Shown one piece after another: positions 17,761-27,269 of a stretch of DNA of 33,740 nucleotides. The notes beneath the pieces were generated by a model. That model saw only the letters and a list, made by a program, of their open reading frames with translations, did no database searches and was not told where the DNA came from. The position numbers were made by a program, and so were the translations under genes. The DNA is from Clostridia bacterium (GTDB lineage Bacteria; Bacillota; Clostridia; Oscillospirales; CAG-272). Within the stretch, counting starts at the first letter, position 1. Every line of letters begins with the position of its first letter. The stretch lies in NCBI GenBank assembly GCA_017540285.1, contig JAFYBI010000032.1, positions 1-33,740 of the forward strand, given 5' to 3'.

Positions 17761-18483
17761 ATGATCGCATTATACATCATCCTCGGCATCGTGCTCTTCT
17801 TCGCGCTGCTGTTTTCGATGAAGATCAAGTTATACGTCCGGCTCACCGACGAGCTGCGGATCCGCGCGGGCTTCGGCCCCGTGCTCCTCACCCTCGTCCC
17901 GAAGAAGAAAAGAGCCGTCCGCGCCGAGGATTTCACGTTCAAAAAGCATGAAAAGCGGCTGAAAAAGGAAGCCGAAGCGCGGCGGAAAAAAGCCGAAAAG
18001 GACGCCGCAAAAGCTGCTGAGAAGGCGGAGAAGGCCCGAAAGAAGGCAGAGGCCGCCCGGCTCGCGAAGGAAGCCGAAAAGGCAGCCGAGGACACGGAAG
18101 CCGACCGCGACGCGAACAAGCTCGAAACGATCCTCTCGCTCGTCTCCTTCGCCTTCGACGAGATCCCGCGCTTCGTTTCGCATTTCGAGACCGACTTCCG
18201 GATGCTCTCGGTCACGGTCTGCGGCAGGGACGCGGCGGACACGGCGGTCAAGACCGGAAGGATCTCCGCCGCCGCCTCGCTCCTCCTCGAACTGCTGCGC
18301 GCGAAGACCCGTCTGCACATCGCGCGCGGCGCCCTGATCGACGTACAGCCCGATTTTGTCGGCGAGAAGACCCGCTTCGAGGTCGATTTCCGCTTCCGGC
18401 TCCGGCTCTTCTCCGTCGTCCGCGTCGGCTGGCACACGCTCGTGTGGCTCGTGAAGAAAAAGAGCGAAGAGGCGCGTGCCTGA
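17761..18483 (+). CDS. DUF2953/YtfI-like sporulation-associated membrane protein with K/A/E-rich insert
   Basis: N-terminal TM helix, then a charged KKEAEARRKKAEKDAAKAAEKAEKARKKAEAARLAKEAEKAAED segment. Positioned directly upstream of the GerW/YtfJ-family gene, as in the ytfI-ytfJ pair. Confidence 0.6.
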   Translation: MIALYIILGIVLFFALLFSMKIKLYVRLTDELRIRAGFGPVLLTLVPKKKRAVRAEDFTFKKHEKRLKKEAEARRKKAEKDAAKAAEKAEKARKKAEAARLAKEAEKAAEDTEADRDANKLETILSLVSFAFDEIPRFVSHFETDFRMLSVTVCGRDAADTAVKTGRISAAASLLLELLRAKTRLHIARGALIDVQPDFVGEKTRFEVDFRFRLRLFSVVRVGWHTLVWLVKKKSEEARA

Positions 18484-18526
18484 ATGAACCAACCACGATT
18501 CCAATTTTCCCATCGGAGGTATTCCC

Positions 18527-18958
18527 ATGGCTGACAACAACCGCATCGGAGAGATCGCGAAGACCTCCCTCGACTCCATCCGCTCCATGCTCGACGCCAA
18601 CACCATCGTCGGCGATCCCATCGAGACGGCGAGCGGCACCACCATCATCCCGATCTCCAAGATTTCCGTCGGATACGCGTCCGGCGGCGTGGACTACGCG
18701 GCGAAAAAGGACGTCTCGAACAAGCCGAACAATTTCGGCGGAGGCGGCGGCACCGGACTGACCGTCACGCCCGTGGCCTTTCTCGTCGTCTCGGCGGACG
18801 GGAACGTCAACATCCTGAACGTCAATTCGCCCGCGACCTCGACCGCGGCTCCCGTGGATTCCGTCGCGCAGGTCGTCGGATTCCTCGAACGCTCCCCCGA
18901 TCTGCTTGAACGTCTCAAGGGCGTTTTCTCCAAAAAAGGCGAGGAAAACAAGATCTGA
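18527..18958 (+). CDS. GerW/YtfJ-family sporulation protein
   Basis: IRSMLDANTIVGDPIETASGTTIIPISKISVGYASGG...GGGGGTGLTVTPVAFLVV is the typical GerW/YtfJ pattern. Confidence 0.8.
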   Translation: MADNNRIGEIAKTSLDSIRSMLDANTIVGDPIETASGTTIIPISKISVGYASGGVDYAAKKDVSNKPNNFGGGGGTGLTVTPVAFLVVSADGNVNILNVNSPATSTAAPVDSVAQVVGFLERSPDLLERLKGVFSKKGEENKI

Positions 18959-19033
18959 CGAAAAGTCCCCCGTATCGCGGCGCATCCGTCTGCGCATGAT
19001 AGAGGCAAAACCACTCTGTCACGGAGGATGCGC

Positions 19034-20170
19034 ATGAAACGCTTTTTATCCGCCTGCCTTTGCCTGCTTCTGCTTGTCCCGCTCACGGCGCCGACGCATG
19101 CCGCCGAGGTATCCGCCGCGTCCGCGATCCTGATCGAAGCGACGACAGGCACCCCGCTCTACGAAAAGGACGCCGACCGCCGCCTGCCGATGGCATCGAC
19201 CACCAAGATCATGACCGCGCTCGTCGCCCTCGAGCACACGGGCCCCGGGACGGTGATCGAAGTGCCCGCGGATGCCTGCGGCGTGGAGGGATCGAGCGTC
19301 TATCTGACGCCCGGCGAGCGGATCACGGCGGAAGACCTGCTCTGGGCCGTCCTGCTCGAATCCGCAAACGACGCCGCAGTTGCGCTGGCGATCTCGGTCG
19401 GCGGGAGCATCGAGGGCTTCGCCGCGATGATGAACGACAAGGCGGCCTCTCTCGGCCTGTCCGACACGCATTTCACCAATCCGCACGGCCTCGACGACGA
19501 GGAGCACTACACGACTGCCCGCGATCTCGCGAAGCTGACCGTCGCCGCGATGGCATTTCCCGCCTTCCGCACGATGGTCTCGGCCCGGCGTCACACGATC
19601 GAGCGGGAGGGCGGCGCGCGGGTGCTCATCAACCACAACCGCCTGCTCCGCATGTCGGACGACGTCGTCGGCGTCAAGACCGGATTCACGCGCAGAAGCG
19701 GCCGGTGCCTTGTTTCCGCCGCGGAAAAGGACGGCGCCGCGCTGGTCTGCGTCACGCTGAACGCGCCGGACGACTGGAACGACCATCTGCGTCTCTATGA
19801 GGAAGGCTTCGCCAAGACGCACGCCGTCACGCTTGCCCGCCCCGGGCAGTTTTCCCACGCGATCCCCTGTCCCTATGCGGACGACGGCGCCGTAACGGTC
19901 TCGAACCGAAGCGGCCTCGCGCGGGTTTTCTTCGGCGATGTGCCGCGGATCGAAACGGTCGTCGAAGCCGAGCGTCTCCTCCTCAGAGACACGAAGCCCG
20001 GCGACGTGCTCGGACGGGTCGTCTTCAAAGCGGACGGCCGGGAGATCGCTTCCCTGCCCCTCACGGCGGAGGAGCGGGCTGCCGTCCCGGAAAAGCCCTC
20101 CTTTTTCAGCCATTTCACCCGAAACGGATCACAGACAGAATGGAACCCATCCGAATCCAGAAATACCTGA
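19034..20170 (+). CDS. D-alanyl-D-alanine carboxypeptidase (peptidase S11, low-MW PBP)
   Basis: Signal peptide, ASTTKIMTA (SxxK), ESANDAA (SxN), VKTGFT (KTG). Start at ATG 19034 (GGAGGA 5 nt upstream). ATG 19028 overlaps the RBS. Confidence 0.85.
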   Translation: MKRFLSACLCLLLLVPLTAPTHAAEVSAASAILIEATTGTPLYEKDADRRLPMASTTKIMTALVALEHTGPGTVIEVPADACGVEGSSVYLTPGERITAEDLLWAVLLESANDAAVALAISVGGSIEGFAAMMNDKAASLGLSDTHFTNPHGLDDEEHYTTARDLAKLTVAAMAFPAFRTMVSARRHTIEREGGARVLINHNRLLRMSDDVVGVKTGFTRRSGRCLVSAAEKDGAALVCVTLNAPDDWNDHLRLYEEGFAKTHAVTLARPGQFSHAIPCPYADDGAVTVSNRSGLARVFFGDVPRIETVVEAERLLLRDTKPGDVLGRVVFKADGREIASLPLTAEERAAVPEKPSFFSHFTRNGSQTEWNPSESRNT

Positions 20171-20880
20171 CTGCGTGCGGGGTCATGTCCCGGCGTGCGG
20201 CTGAGCGGGAGATCCTCTCAGGCGGCGTCACCGTCAACGGTCTCCCGGCGTCCCTCGGCATGAAAGTCGTCCCGGGCGAGGACCGCGTCGCCGTCCGGGG
20301 CAAAACGATCCCGTGGCGGGAAACAGCCGGGGACCGTCCCCATACCTATATCCTTCTCAATAAACCCGTGGGATACGTCACCACCATGTCCGACGAAGCG
20401 GGCCGGAAGACCGTTGCCGATCTCATCGCGGACGTCGGGACCCGCGTTTACCCCGTCGGACGGCTCGATCTGTATTCCGACGGGCTTCTTCTCTGCACGG
20501 ACGACGGCGAGCTGACCAACCGCGTCATGCATCCGTCACACGAGATCCCGAAGCGGTACCTCGCCACCCTGAACGCCCTGCTCACGGACGAGGACATCGA
20601 AGCGCTCGCGGAGCCGTTCGAGCTCGAGGGTTACATGCTGAGGCCGTTCGGCGTCGAGTTCGTCCGGTACGCGAAGCCCGACGGGATCCCCTCGACCGTC
20701 GTGCAGTTCACCCTGTACGAGGGCAGAAACCGCGAGATCCGCAAGATCTGCGCGCATTACGGCGTGAAGCTCTCCCGCCTCACCCGCATCGCGATCGGGG
20801 AGCTCAGTCTGCGCGGCATCCCGAGCGGCAAGTGGCGTCCTCTCACCGACGCCGAGCTCGCCTATCTGAAATCCGTTTGA
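20140..20880 (+). CDS. rluB: 23S rRNA pseudouridine synthase (RsuA/RluB family)
   Basis: S4 domain IRIQKYLTACGVMSRRAAEREILSGGVTVNG. Catalytic VYPVGRLDLYSDGLLL. KRYLA, REIRK. Confidence 0.85.
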   Translation: MEPIRIQKYLTACGVMSRRAAEREILSGGVTVNGLPASLGMKVVPGEDRVAVRGKTIPWRETAGDRPHTYILLNKPVGYVTTMSDEAGRKTVADLIADVGTRVYPVGRLDLYSDGLLLCTDDGELTNRVMHPSHEIPKRYLATLNALLTDEDIEALAEPFELEGYMLRPFGVEFVRYAKPDGIPSTVVQFTLYEGRNREIRKICAHYGVKLSRLTRIAIGELSLRGIPSGKWRPLTDAELAYLKSV

Positions 20881-20934
20881 CCCCCCTTTCCCCCTGTTCC
20901 CCTATCCGACCGTTATTCTTTCCCGGAGGTTCCC

Positions 20935-21390
20935 ATGTTCCAGATCCAGCCCGTCCGCTCCCGCGAGCTTCAGAAGCAAATCGCCGATGCCGTCGGCGCG
21001 CCGTATTTCGCCGATACGTTTGCCTTTTACGCCGCTGAGCTCACCGACGACGCACAGTCCATGACCGCGCTCCTCGGTCTCTGCCAGTTTACATACGCGC
21101 CTGACGAGGCCGTCATCCGCTCCGTCGCCGCCGCGCCCGGTTCCGAAGAGGATGAGGCGATCCCCGTCATGGTCCGCGCGGTCATGTCGTTCCTGAACCA
21201 CGCGGAGATCCCGTTCGTCTTCATCGACGAGGGAGCCGCCGACGCGGACCGGATCAAAAAATGGGGCTTCCGCCCGCTGGCGTCGGATCCCGCCGGACGG
21301 CTCGGCATCGATCTCGCGAAATTCTACCGCTCGCCGTGCCGCTACGACAAAGGGGAAACGGACAAAAATGAAAAACCAGAAGAAGATTAA
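20935..21390 (+). CDS. Hypothetical protein (151 aa, acidic C-terminus)
   Basis: Good RBS (GGAGG). Coding strand supported by the flanking co-directional genes. No motif recognised. Its 3' end overlaps the glycerate kinase start by 23 nt. Confidence 0.45.
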   Translation: MFQIQPVRSRELQKQIADAVGAPYFADTFAFYAAELTDDAQSMTALLGLCQFTYAPDEAVIRSVAAAPGSEEDEAIPVMVRAVMSFLNHAEIPFVFIDEGAADADRIKKWGFRPLASDPAGRLGIDLAKFYRSPCRYDKGETDKNEKPEED

Positions 21391-22537
21391 CGTCGCCGCC
21401 GCGCTCGACTCCTTCAAAGGCTCCCTCACGTCCCGGGAAGCCGGGGAAGCCGTCCGCCGCGGCGTTTTGTCCCGCATCCCGGACGCGGAGGTCTCGCTCT
21501 CCCCGGTCGGGGACGGCGGAGAAGGGACGGCGGACGCCCTCTGTGCCGCGCTCTGCGCCGAACGCCGCTTTGTGACCGTTTCCGATACGCACGGAGAACC
21601 GGTGAGGGCGGAATTCGGCCTGTACGCCCGGGACGGCGTCCGCACCGCGGTCTTCGACATGGCGGCCTGCTGCGGTCTCCGGTTCGCGAAATCGCACGGC
21701 CTCGATTACGCGCGCTCGACGACCCGGGGCGTCGGAGAGATGATCCGTCATGCGCTGGACCTCGGATGCCGCGAGATCGCCGTCGGTCTCGGCGGAAGCG
21801 GCACGGGGGACGGCGGGATCGGCGCGCTGGCTGCGCTCGGAGCGCGTTTCACGGATCGCGGCGGGCAGGAGATCGCCGATCCCCGCACAAAGGACCTCGG
21901 GCGTGTCGCCGCGGCGGATCTCTCGGTCCTGGCGATCCCGCCGTCCGTGCGGCTCACGCTGCTCTGCGACACGGACGTCCCGCTGAACGGAGAATGTGGC
22001 GCGGTGCGGATGTATGCCCGGCAGAAGGGTGCGCTCGAGGAAGAGATCCCTCAGCTCGCCGAAGAGATGGAGCGTTTCTCCGCCGTATGCGACCGGGCGG
22101 CTGGCTCTCCGGTTTCCGCGCTTCCGGGCTCCGGTGCGGCGGGCGGGCTCGGCTACGGGCTCACACTCGTGGGCGGGCAGATCACGCCGGGGGCGCCGTA
22201 CGTGCTCCGGGCCGTGGGATTCTCCTCCGCGGCTCCGCATTTCGATCTCGTGATCACGGGCGAAGGGCGCACGGACGCGCAGACCGCAACGGGCAAGCTC
22301 CCGATGGCGGTGGCGCGCGCCGTCCGGGATGCCGGCAATCCCTGCCCCGTCGTCTGCCTCTGCGGGATCGACGACAGCGTCCCCGCGCTCTATGAGGCCG
22401 GCATGGACGCCGTCTTCGCGATCGCGGACCGTCCGATGACGGCGGAGGAATCGATCGCCCGCACGGCGGCCCTGCTCGAAAAAGCCGCGGGCAATGTCGC
22501 CGCCGCAGTCCTGGCCGCCCGCCGGGCAACAGAATGA
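21368..22537 (+). CDS. Glycerate kinase
   Basis: INVAAALDSFKGSLTSREAGEAV N-terminus, GDGGEGT, GEGRTDAQTATGK: the glycerate kinase family pattern. Confidence 0.8.
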   Translation: MKNQKKINVAAALDSFKGSLTSREAGEAVRRGVLSRIPDAEVSLSPVGDGGEGTADALCAALCAERRFVTVSDTHGEPVRAEFGLYARDGVRTAVFDMAACCGLRFAKSHGLDYARSTTRGVGEMIRHALDLGCREIAVGLGGSGTGDGGIGALAALGARFTDRGGQEIADPRTKDLGRVAAADLSVLAIPPSVRLTLLCDTDVPLNGECGAVRMYARQKGALEEEIPQLAEEMERFSAVCDRAAGSPVSALPGSGAAGGLGYGLTLVGGQITPGAPYVLRAVGFSSAAPHFDLVITGEGRTDAQTATGKLPMAVARAVRDAGNPCPVVCLCGIDDSVPALYEAGMDAVFAIADRPMTAEESIARTAALLEKAAGNVAAAVLAARRATE

Positions 22538-22549
22538 CCGACGCGAAAA

Positions 22550-22586
22550 CGCGCCCCGGGAGAACATCCGCGGAGCGCGCTTTTTT
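22550..22586. terminator. Rho-independent terminator between convergent glycerate kinase and fucosidase genes
   Basis: CGCGCCCCG / CGGAGCGCG GC-rich stem (one mismatch), about 12-nt loop, followed by C-TTTTTT. An A-run lies on the other side. Confidence 0.55.
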
Positions 22587-22600
22587 CATTTGATTTTCGC

Positions 22601-23887
22601 TTATTTCAGATAGATTTCGAGGACCGGGATCTCCGCGCCGAGCGGCTTGTACACCGGGAGCGGGATATCGACCGTGCGGTTTTCGGCGTTGTAGTGGAAC
22701 CGCATCTCGGACGCGTCGGAGAGGAGCTGGATATAGTCGACGTGCTCGGCGACCTCGCCGCTCAGGCGGATCTTGCCGAACGGCCAGGAATACATGTGCA
22801 GGTACAGCCGCTGGGTCTCGGGGTTGTAGGTGTAGCGGCAGTCGCGCGGGCATTCGAATTCCGCGGGCGCCTGCGTGCAGCCGTAGATCGAACGGGAATA
22901 CCGTCTCATCCACTTGCCGATGCCGCGCAGTCTCTCGTATGCGCGCTCGTCGAATTCGCCTCTGCCGGTCGGGCCGACGTTGAGCAGCAGGTTGCCGCCC
23001 ATGGACACGCCGTCGATCAGCATCTTCAAAAGCTGATCCACGCTCTTCCAGCTCTGTTCGTCGCGGTAGTAGCCCCAGGAACCGGAGAAGGTGTGGCAGC
23101 CCTCCCAGACGACCGGCGTACCGTTGACCTTCACCCATTCGTCCGGCATGTACTGCTCGGGCGTCTTGACGTCCTGATCGATCTGGAGGCGGTCGTCGAT
23201 GATGATCTTCGGGTTGATCGCGCGGATCTTCGCGAGAAGCTCTTCGCTGCGCCAGGTCTCCTTGCCCTTGCCGGCAAAGCGCGCGTTCGGGCCGACGGAG
23301 AAGTCGAACCAGATGATGTCGACGGGATCGTAGCGGCGGAGAAGCTCTTCGGTCTGATTGTGGAGATACTCGACGTAGCGGGTGATGTCGCGGTCCTTGT
23401 CCATCGCGATGTAGTCCTCGTTGTCCCGCATCGGGTGGCAGGCGTCGACCGTGTAGTCCGGGTGATGCCAGTCGAGGAGCGAGTGATAGAAGCCGACGCG
23501 CAGGCCGTTCGAACGGAACGCGTCCACCATCGGGGTGAGAACGTCACGGCCGTACGGCGTGTTCGGCGCCTTGTAGTCGGTGTAGGCGGAATCCCAGAGG
23601 CAGAAGCCCTCGTGATGCTTGGTCGTGACGACGAAATACTTCATCCCGGCGTCCCGCGCCGCCTTCGCCCAGAGCTCCGGATCGTAGAGATCGGGATCGA
23701 AGTGCTTGAAATACTTCGTGTCGTAGATTTCCGTGGGGATCCGTTCGTAGTTCTTCAGCCATTCGTGGCGTGCGCCGAGGGCGTAGAGGCCCCAGTGGAT
23801 GAACATGCCGAACCGGTCATGGGTGAACCAGCTTGTGTCGCCCGGCGTCGGCGCCGGTTTGGTGACAGTCAGATCTTCCAGTCTCAT
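22601..23887 (-). CDS. Alpha-L-fucosidase (GH29)
   Basis: RFGMFIHWGLYA, AGMKYFVVTTKHHEGFCLWDS, FYHSLLDW, IIWFDF: the classical GH29 signature blocks. Confidence 0.9.
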   Translation of the reverse strand: MRLEDLTVTKPAPTPGDTSWFTHDRFGMFIHWGLYALGARHEWLKNYERIPTEIYDTKYFKHFDPDLYDPELWAKAARDAGMKYFVVTTKHHEGFCLWDSAYTDYKAPNTPYGRDVLTPMVDAFRSNGLRVGFYHSLLDWHHPDYTVDACHPMRDNEDYIAMDKDRDITRYVEYLHNQTEELLRRYDPVDIIWFDFSVGPNARFAGKGKETWRSEELLAKIRAINPKIIIDDRLQIDQDVKTPEQYMPDEWVKVNGTPVVWEGCHTFSGSWGYYRDEQSWKSVDQLLKMLIDGVSMGGNLLLNVGPTGRGEFDERAYERLRGIGKWMRRYSRSIYGCTQAPAEFECPRDCRYTYNPETQRLYLHMYSWPFGKIRLSGEVAEHVDYIQLLSDASEMRFHYNAENRTVDIPLPVYKPLGAEIPVLEIYLK

Positions 23888-24015
23888 AAATACCTCCGTG
23901 ATCGTGGATTCGTTTCGGGCTGCTTGGCTCTCCTATATCTTTACCATATTTCCGGGCGGAATGCAAGACTTTTTTGTGAATTTTTGAAAATCCGCGCGCG
24001 ACGATCCCGGCGCCT

Positions 24016-25311
24016 TCACCCGCGGGCGTTCTTCGCGCGATCCTTACGCTGCTGCCGGGCGACGCCGACCATGCGGAAGATCGAGGAGACGACGAGCATC
24101 CCGACGGCGAGCAGACCCGCGGCCGCGGCGGTCCTCACACCCTGCTCCACCGACTGCATCCTGCTTCCCTGCAGAAGATACTCGACGGTGTAGTAGACAC
24201 CAGCCCCGGGCACGAGCGGCAGAAGCGCGATCACGAGATACGAGAACGCCGGGAACTTGCGGACCCGCGCCATGATCTCCGCATAGAGCGAGATCACGGC
24301 CGCAGCGGCAAAATACGCGAACAGCCCGGACGCCGTCACCCGCTCCGCCGCAAGGAACGCCGCCCATCCGAGCCCGCCGCCCGCCATGCAGACGAACATG
24401 CCCGGGATGCGGATGTTGAAGAGGATGCAGTATCCGCAGCAGGCAAGCGCGGCAAAGGACACCTGGATCCACCACGGATAGGGGACGTCCAGACTGATGC
24501 CGACGGACGCGACGTCCCAGAGAAGGTGGCTCAGCCTCAGCGCGGTCCCGGTCCCGAGGAGCAGCGCGGCGGCGGTCAGCACGACCTGCACGAATTTGTT
24601 GATCCCGGACAGCGTGTCGCCGTAGATGATGTCCCGCATGCTGTCGGTCATCATCATCCCCGGGACGAGGAGCATCAGAGCGCCGATGGCCGTCGCGTCC
24701 GCGTAGCGGATCACATGAAAATGCGTCAGGGTCTGGCTGACGACGGCGATGAGGAAGGAGGCCGTCATCGTCTGGAAAAACGCGTTCACGCGCAGCCTCG
24801 TGAGAAGGCGGAGAAACGCGCCGGTGAATACGCCGAGGACCCCCGCGAGGAGTCCGTCGGAGAGCGTTCCGCCGAAGAAAACCGCAAAGGCAGACGCCGC
24901 GAGGAAATACGCGAGATAGAGGACCGGGACGGGATAGCGGAGATCGACCTTCCCGATCTCGTCGAGACGCCGCTTCGCCTCCTTTACGGGCGGGACCTCG
25001 GCGCACAGGGCACGCGCGAGCGAATAGGTCCGCTCGAGTCCGTCGACGTCCGTCCCGTGCGGGGCGATCCGGCGAAGCCATGTCACGGGTTCCGACCCTT
25101 CCGGGCAGACCGTGACGATCAGGCTGCTCGGGATGGCGAACACGTCGCCGGGGACCCCGTATGCCTGCATCAGCCGCGTGACGGCCTCCTCGACCCGGCT
25201 GATCTCCGCGCCCTCCGAAAGAAGCCGATACCCGAGCGTCACCGCGAGATCGAGAAACTCCTCCGCTTCGCTCCGTGCGGCAGTCTTTGTGATCCTATTC
25301 GTGCCGTTCAC
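24016..25311 (-). CDS. ThrE-family (threonine/serine exporter-like) membrane protein, fused ThrE + ThrE_2 halves
   Basis: FLDLAVTLGYRLLSEGAEISRVEEAVTRLMQAYGV is the ThrE/DUF1212 N-terminal signature, followed by about 10 hydrophobic segments. Start proposed at GTG 25311, which forms a GTGA overlap with the upstream PAS gene stop. The ORF-track start 25380 would overlap it by 73 nt. Confidence 0.7.
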   Translation of the reverse strand: MNGTNRITKTAARSEAEEFLDLAVTLGYRLLSEGAEISRVEEAVTRLMQAYGVPGDVFAIPSSLIVTVCPEGSEPVTWLRRIAPHGTDVDGLERTYSLARALCAEVPPVKEAKRRLDEIGKVDLRYPVPVLYLAYFLAASAFAVFFGGTLSDGLLAGVLGVFTGAFLRLLTRLRVNAFFQTMTASFLIAVVSQTLTHFHVIRYADATAIGALMLLVPGMMMTDSMRDIIYGDTLSGINKFVQVVLTAAALLLGTGTALRLSHLLWDVASVGISLDVPYPWWIQVSFAALACCGYCILFNIRIPGMFVCMAGGGLGWAAFLAAERVTASGLFAYFAAAAVISLYAEIMARVRKFPAFSYLVIALLPLVPGAGVYYTVEYLLQGSRMQSVEQGVRTAAAAGLLAVGMLVVSSIFRMVGVARQQRKDRAKNARG

Positions 25312-25706
25312 TGCGCTTCGGCCTCCGCCCGTCCCGTCCAGTAGTCTCCCACCGGCTCCTCCGCATGTTCTCTCGTCCACGGGACCTCGTGGCGCTCGAA
25401 ATAGCCGATCACCCGTCCCGCGTCATCCCGGACCGGAACGAAGAACTCCCGCTCCCCGGTCCTGCCGTTGTACGCCTCGAACATTTCGTCCTCGCCGAGG
25501 TCGGCGCGGCGGAGGAACGCCTCGATCTTCGGACGCGTGCGCTCGTTGTGGCAGCCGAAAATGCTGCTCCCGATCCGGACCGTGTCCCCGTAACGGCGTC
25601 TTGCCGCGCGGTTGAGCCAGCGGACCGTGTGCGTCCGGTCGACGAAGACGATCTCATAGGGATAGGCGTCGAGGATGCCGGTGAGTACTTCTGCGGTGAT
25701 GTCCAT
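25308..25706 (-). CDS. Small stand-alone PAS-domain protein
   Basis: 132 aa. ILDAYPYEIVFVDRTHTVRWLNRAA...FFVPVRDDAGRVIGYFE resembles a single PAS fold. AGGAGGA RBS. Confidence 0.6.
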   Translation of the reverse strand: MDITAEVLTGILDAYPYEIVFVDRTHTVRWLNRAARRRYGDTVRIGSSIFGCHNERTRPKIEAFLRRADLGEDEMFEAYNGRTGEREFFVPVRDDAGRVIGYFERHEVPWTREHAEEPVGDYWTGRAEAEAQ

Positions 25707-25754
25707 GCTTTTCCTCCTGAAACTCTGTCTGCTTTTTTAAGCCGCGGGGCCGGA

Positions 25755-27269
25755 TCAGCCGCCGTTCTCGTAGAATTCGTTGACCGTGTTGATCATGCGG
25801 CCCGCGATCGATTTGCGCTTCTGGACCAGGGCGGAGATGTTCGGGGACGCGCCCTGCACGATGTCCTTCATCGAATTCTTGAGCGCGCCGACCTGATAGA
25901 TCCAGCCGAGGTCATAGGCGCGGGTCGAGAAGATGATGTCGAGCATCTGCCCGGATTCCTCGTCGCGCGCCGCCTTGCGCTGCAGGGTGATCTCGTAGTA
26001 GGCGGGCATGACGTACCGCTCGGAGAGACAGGCCAGCGCGTCGAGCACGATGCCCGTGAATTCCGGGTCGGACATGACGATCGGGACGGAGAGGAGCACG
26101 CCGTCGTTCTCCGCGACGCAGCTGCGGTAGACGGGCTGTTCCTCGTTGAACTTGGGCATCGGGAGCACGCCGAAATCGGCCTCCATATCGCGGAAGGCGG
26201 TGATCCGGTTGATCTCCTGCATGTAGAACAGCGCGTGGTTCCCTGCGAATAGGTCGTAGGAGCTGTATCCCTTGAAGATGTAGTCCGCGGTGATCTCCGG
26301 ATCGGCGGCGAAGGAGATGAACTTGTCGACGATGTCCTGCACGCGCTCCGTGTCGAGCGTCAGGGCGAGCAGACCGTCCTCGCCGACCTGCGCGCAGTAT
26401 TCAAGCCCGGAGTTGACCGCTCCCGTGATCGAATCGACCCAGAGGCAGAGGCCGAAGAGATCCTTGTCGTCCATTTTGCCGTTGCCGTCGAGGTCGGTCG
26501 AGATCCCGGTCATCATGCCTTTGAGGGCGTCATAGGTCCACTTGCCGTCGAGAACGTCCTGATAGGGCGATTCGAGGTGATACTCCGCCGCTAGCTCCTT
26601 GTTGAAGAGGATCGCGAAGGTGGCGTTGTACGACGCGATGCAGACCGCGTTCACCGCGTGATAGAGCTGGCCGCGGATCGTCATGTCCTCGACCGAGCGC
26701 GCGTCCCACCACGGCTCGCCGAGCGAGACGCCGGGGAGGGTCGTGAGATCGGCGAAATAGCCCTCGAGGGTGATCTTCGCGGCGTCGGTGCAGCAGAGCT
26801 GGGTGGAATTGTAGATCTCGTCGTTCGCCTTGACGGCGGCCTTGAGCTCGCCCATGACGATGCCGCCGTTGCCGAACTGCTCGATCGAGGCGAGGGTGAC
26901 GTTCAGGGTGTCCTCGACCTCGATGTTGCGGTTGAAGCGGCTCGAGTTGATGATCTCGGGATTCTCGGCGTCGGCGTCGATGTTGTTCTGCCGCCACTCG
27001 CCGTTGTCCATGCCGCTGACGAGGACGGTGTAGGTCCGGCCCTCGAAATCATGCGCGCCGAGGTATTCGAGGGGTCTTGCGGGTTCGGTCTCGGGTGTCC
27101 CGGCCTGGTCGCTGCCGGCATCCGCCGCGTCGGGTTCCGTGACGGCGGGGGTATTCCCGGGATCGGCGGCGTTCTTTTCCCCGTTCTTCGCGCAGGACGC
27201 GGAGAGGAGGACAAGAACCGCCGCGAGGAGGAGGCTGAGGGCTCGCGCCGCTCCGTTCGGGTGCTTCAT
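25755..27269 (-). CDS. ABC-transporter extracellular solute-binding lipoprotein (large family-1 SBP, probably glycan-binding)
   Basis: Start at ATG 27269 (AAGGAG RBS). Lipoprotein signal MKHPNGAARALSLLLAAVLVLLSASC followed by a low-complexity linker. About 500 aa, SBP-like. No permease or ATPase genes adjacent. Confidence 0.65.
   Translation of the reverse strand: MKHPNGAARALSLLLAAVLVLLSASCAKNGEKNAADPGNTPAVTEPDAADAGSDQAGTPETEPARPLEYLGAHDFEGRTYTVLVSGMDNGEWRQNNIDADAENPEIINSSRFNRNIEVEDTLNVTLASIEQFGNGGIVMGELKAAVKANDEIYNSTQLCCTDAAKITLEGYFADLTTLPGVSLGEPWWDARSVEDMTIRGQLYHAVNAVCIASYNATFAILFNKELAAEYHLESPYQDVLDGKWTYDALKGMMTGISTDLDGNGKMDDKDLFGLCLWVDSITGAVNSGLEYCAQVGEDGLLALTLDTERVQDIVDKFISFAADPEITADYIFKGYSSYDLFAGNHALFYMQEINRITAFRDMEADFGVLPMPKFNEEQPVYRSCVAENDGVLLSVPIVMSDPEFTGIVLDALACLSERYVMPAYYEITLQRKAARDEESGQMLDIIFSTRAYDLGWIYQVGALKNSMKDIVQGASPNISALVQKRKSIAGRMINTVNEFYENGG

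Noticed and set aside
18981-19032. 8-bp arms GCGCATCC / GGATGCGC bracketing the region upstream of the DD-carboxypeptidase gene, the second arm covering its RBS
   Set aside because: The loop is long (about 36 nt), the arms are short, and there is no supporting conservation. This could easily be chance in GC-rich DNA.
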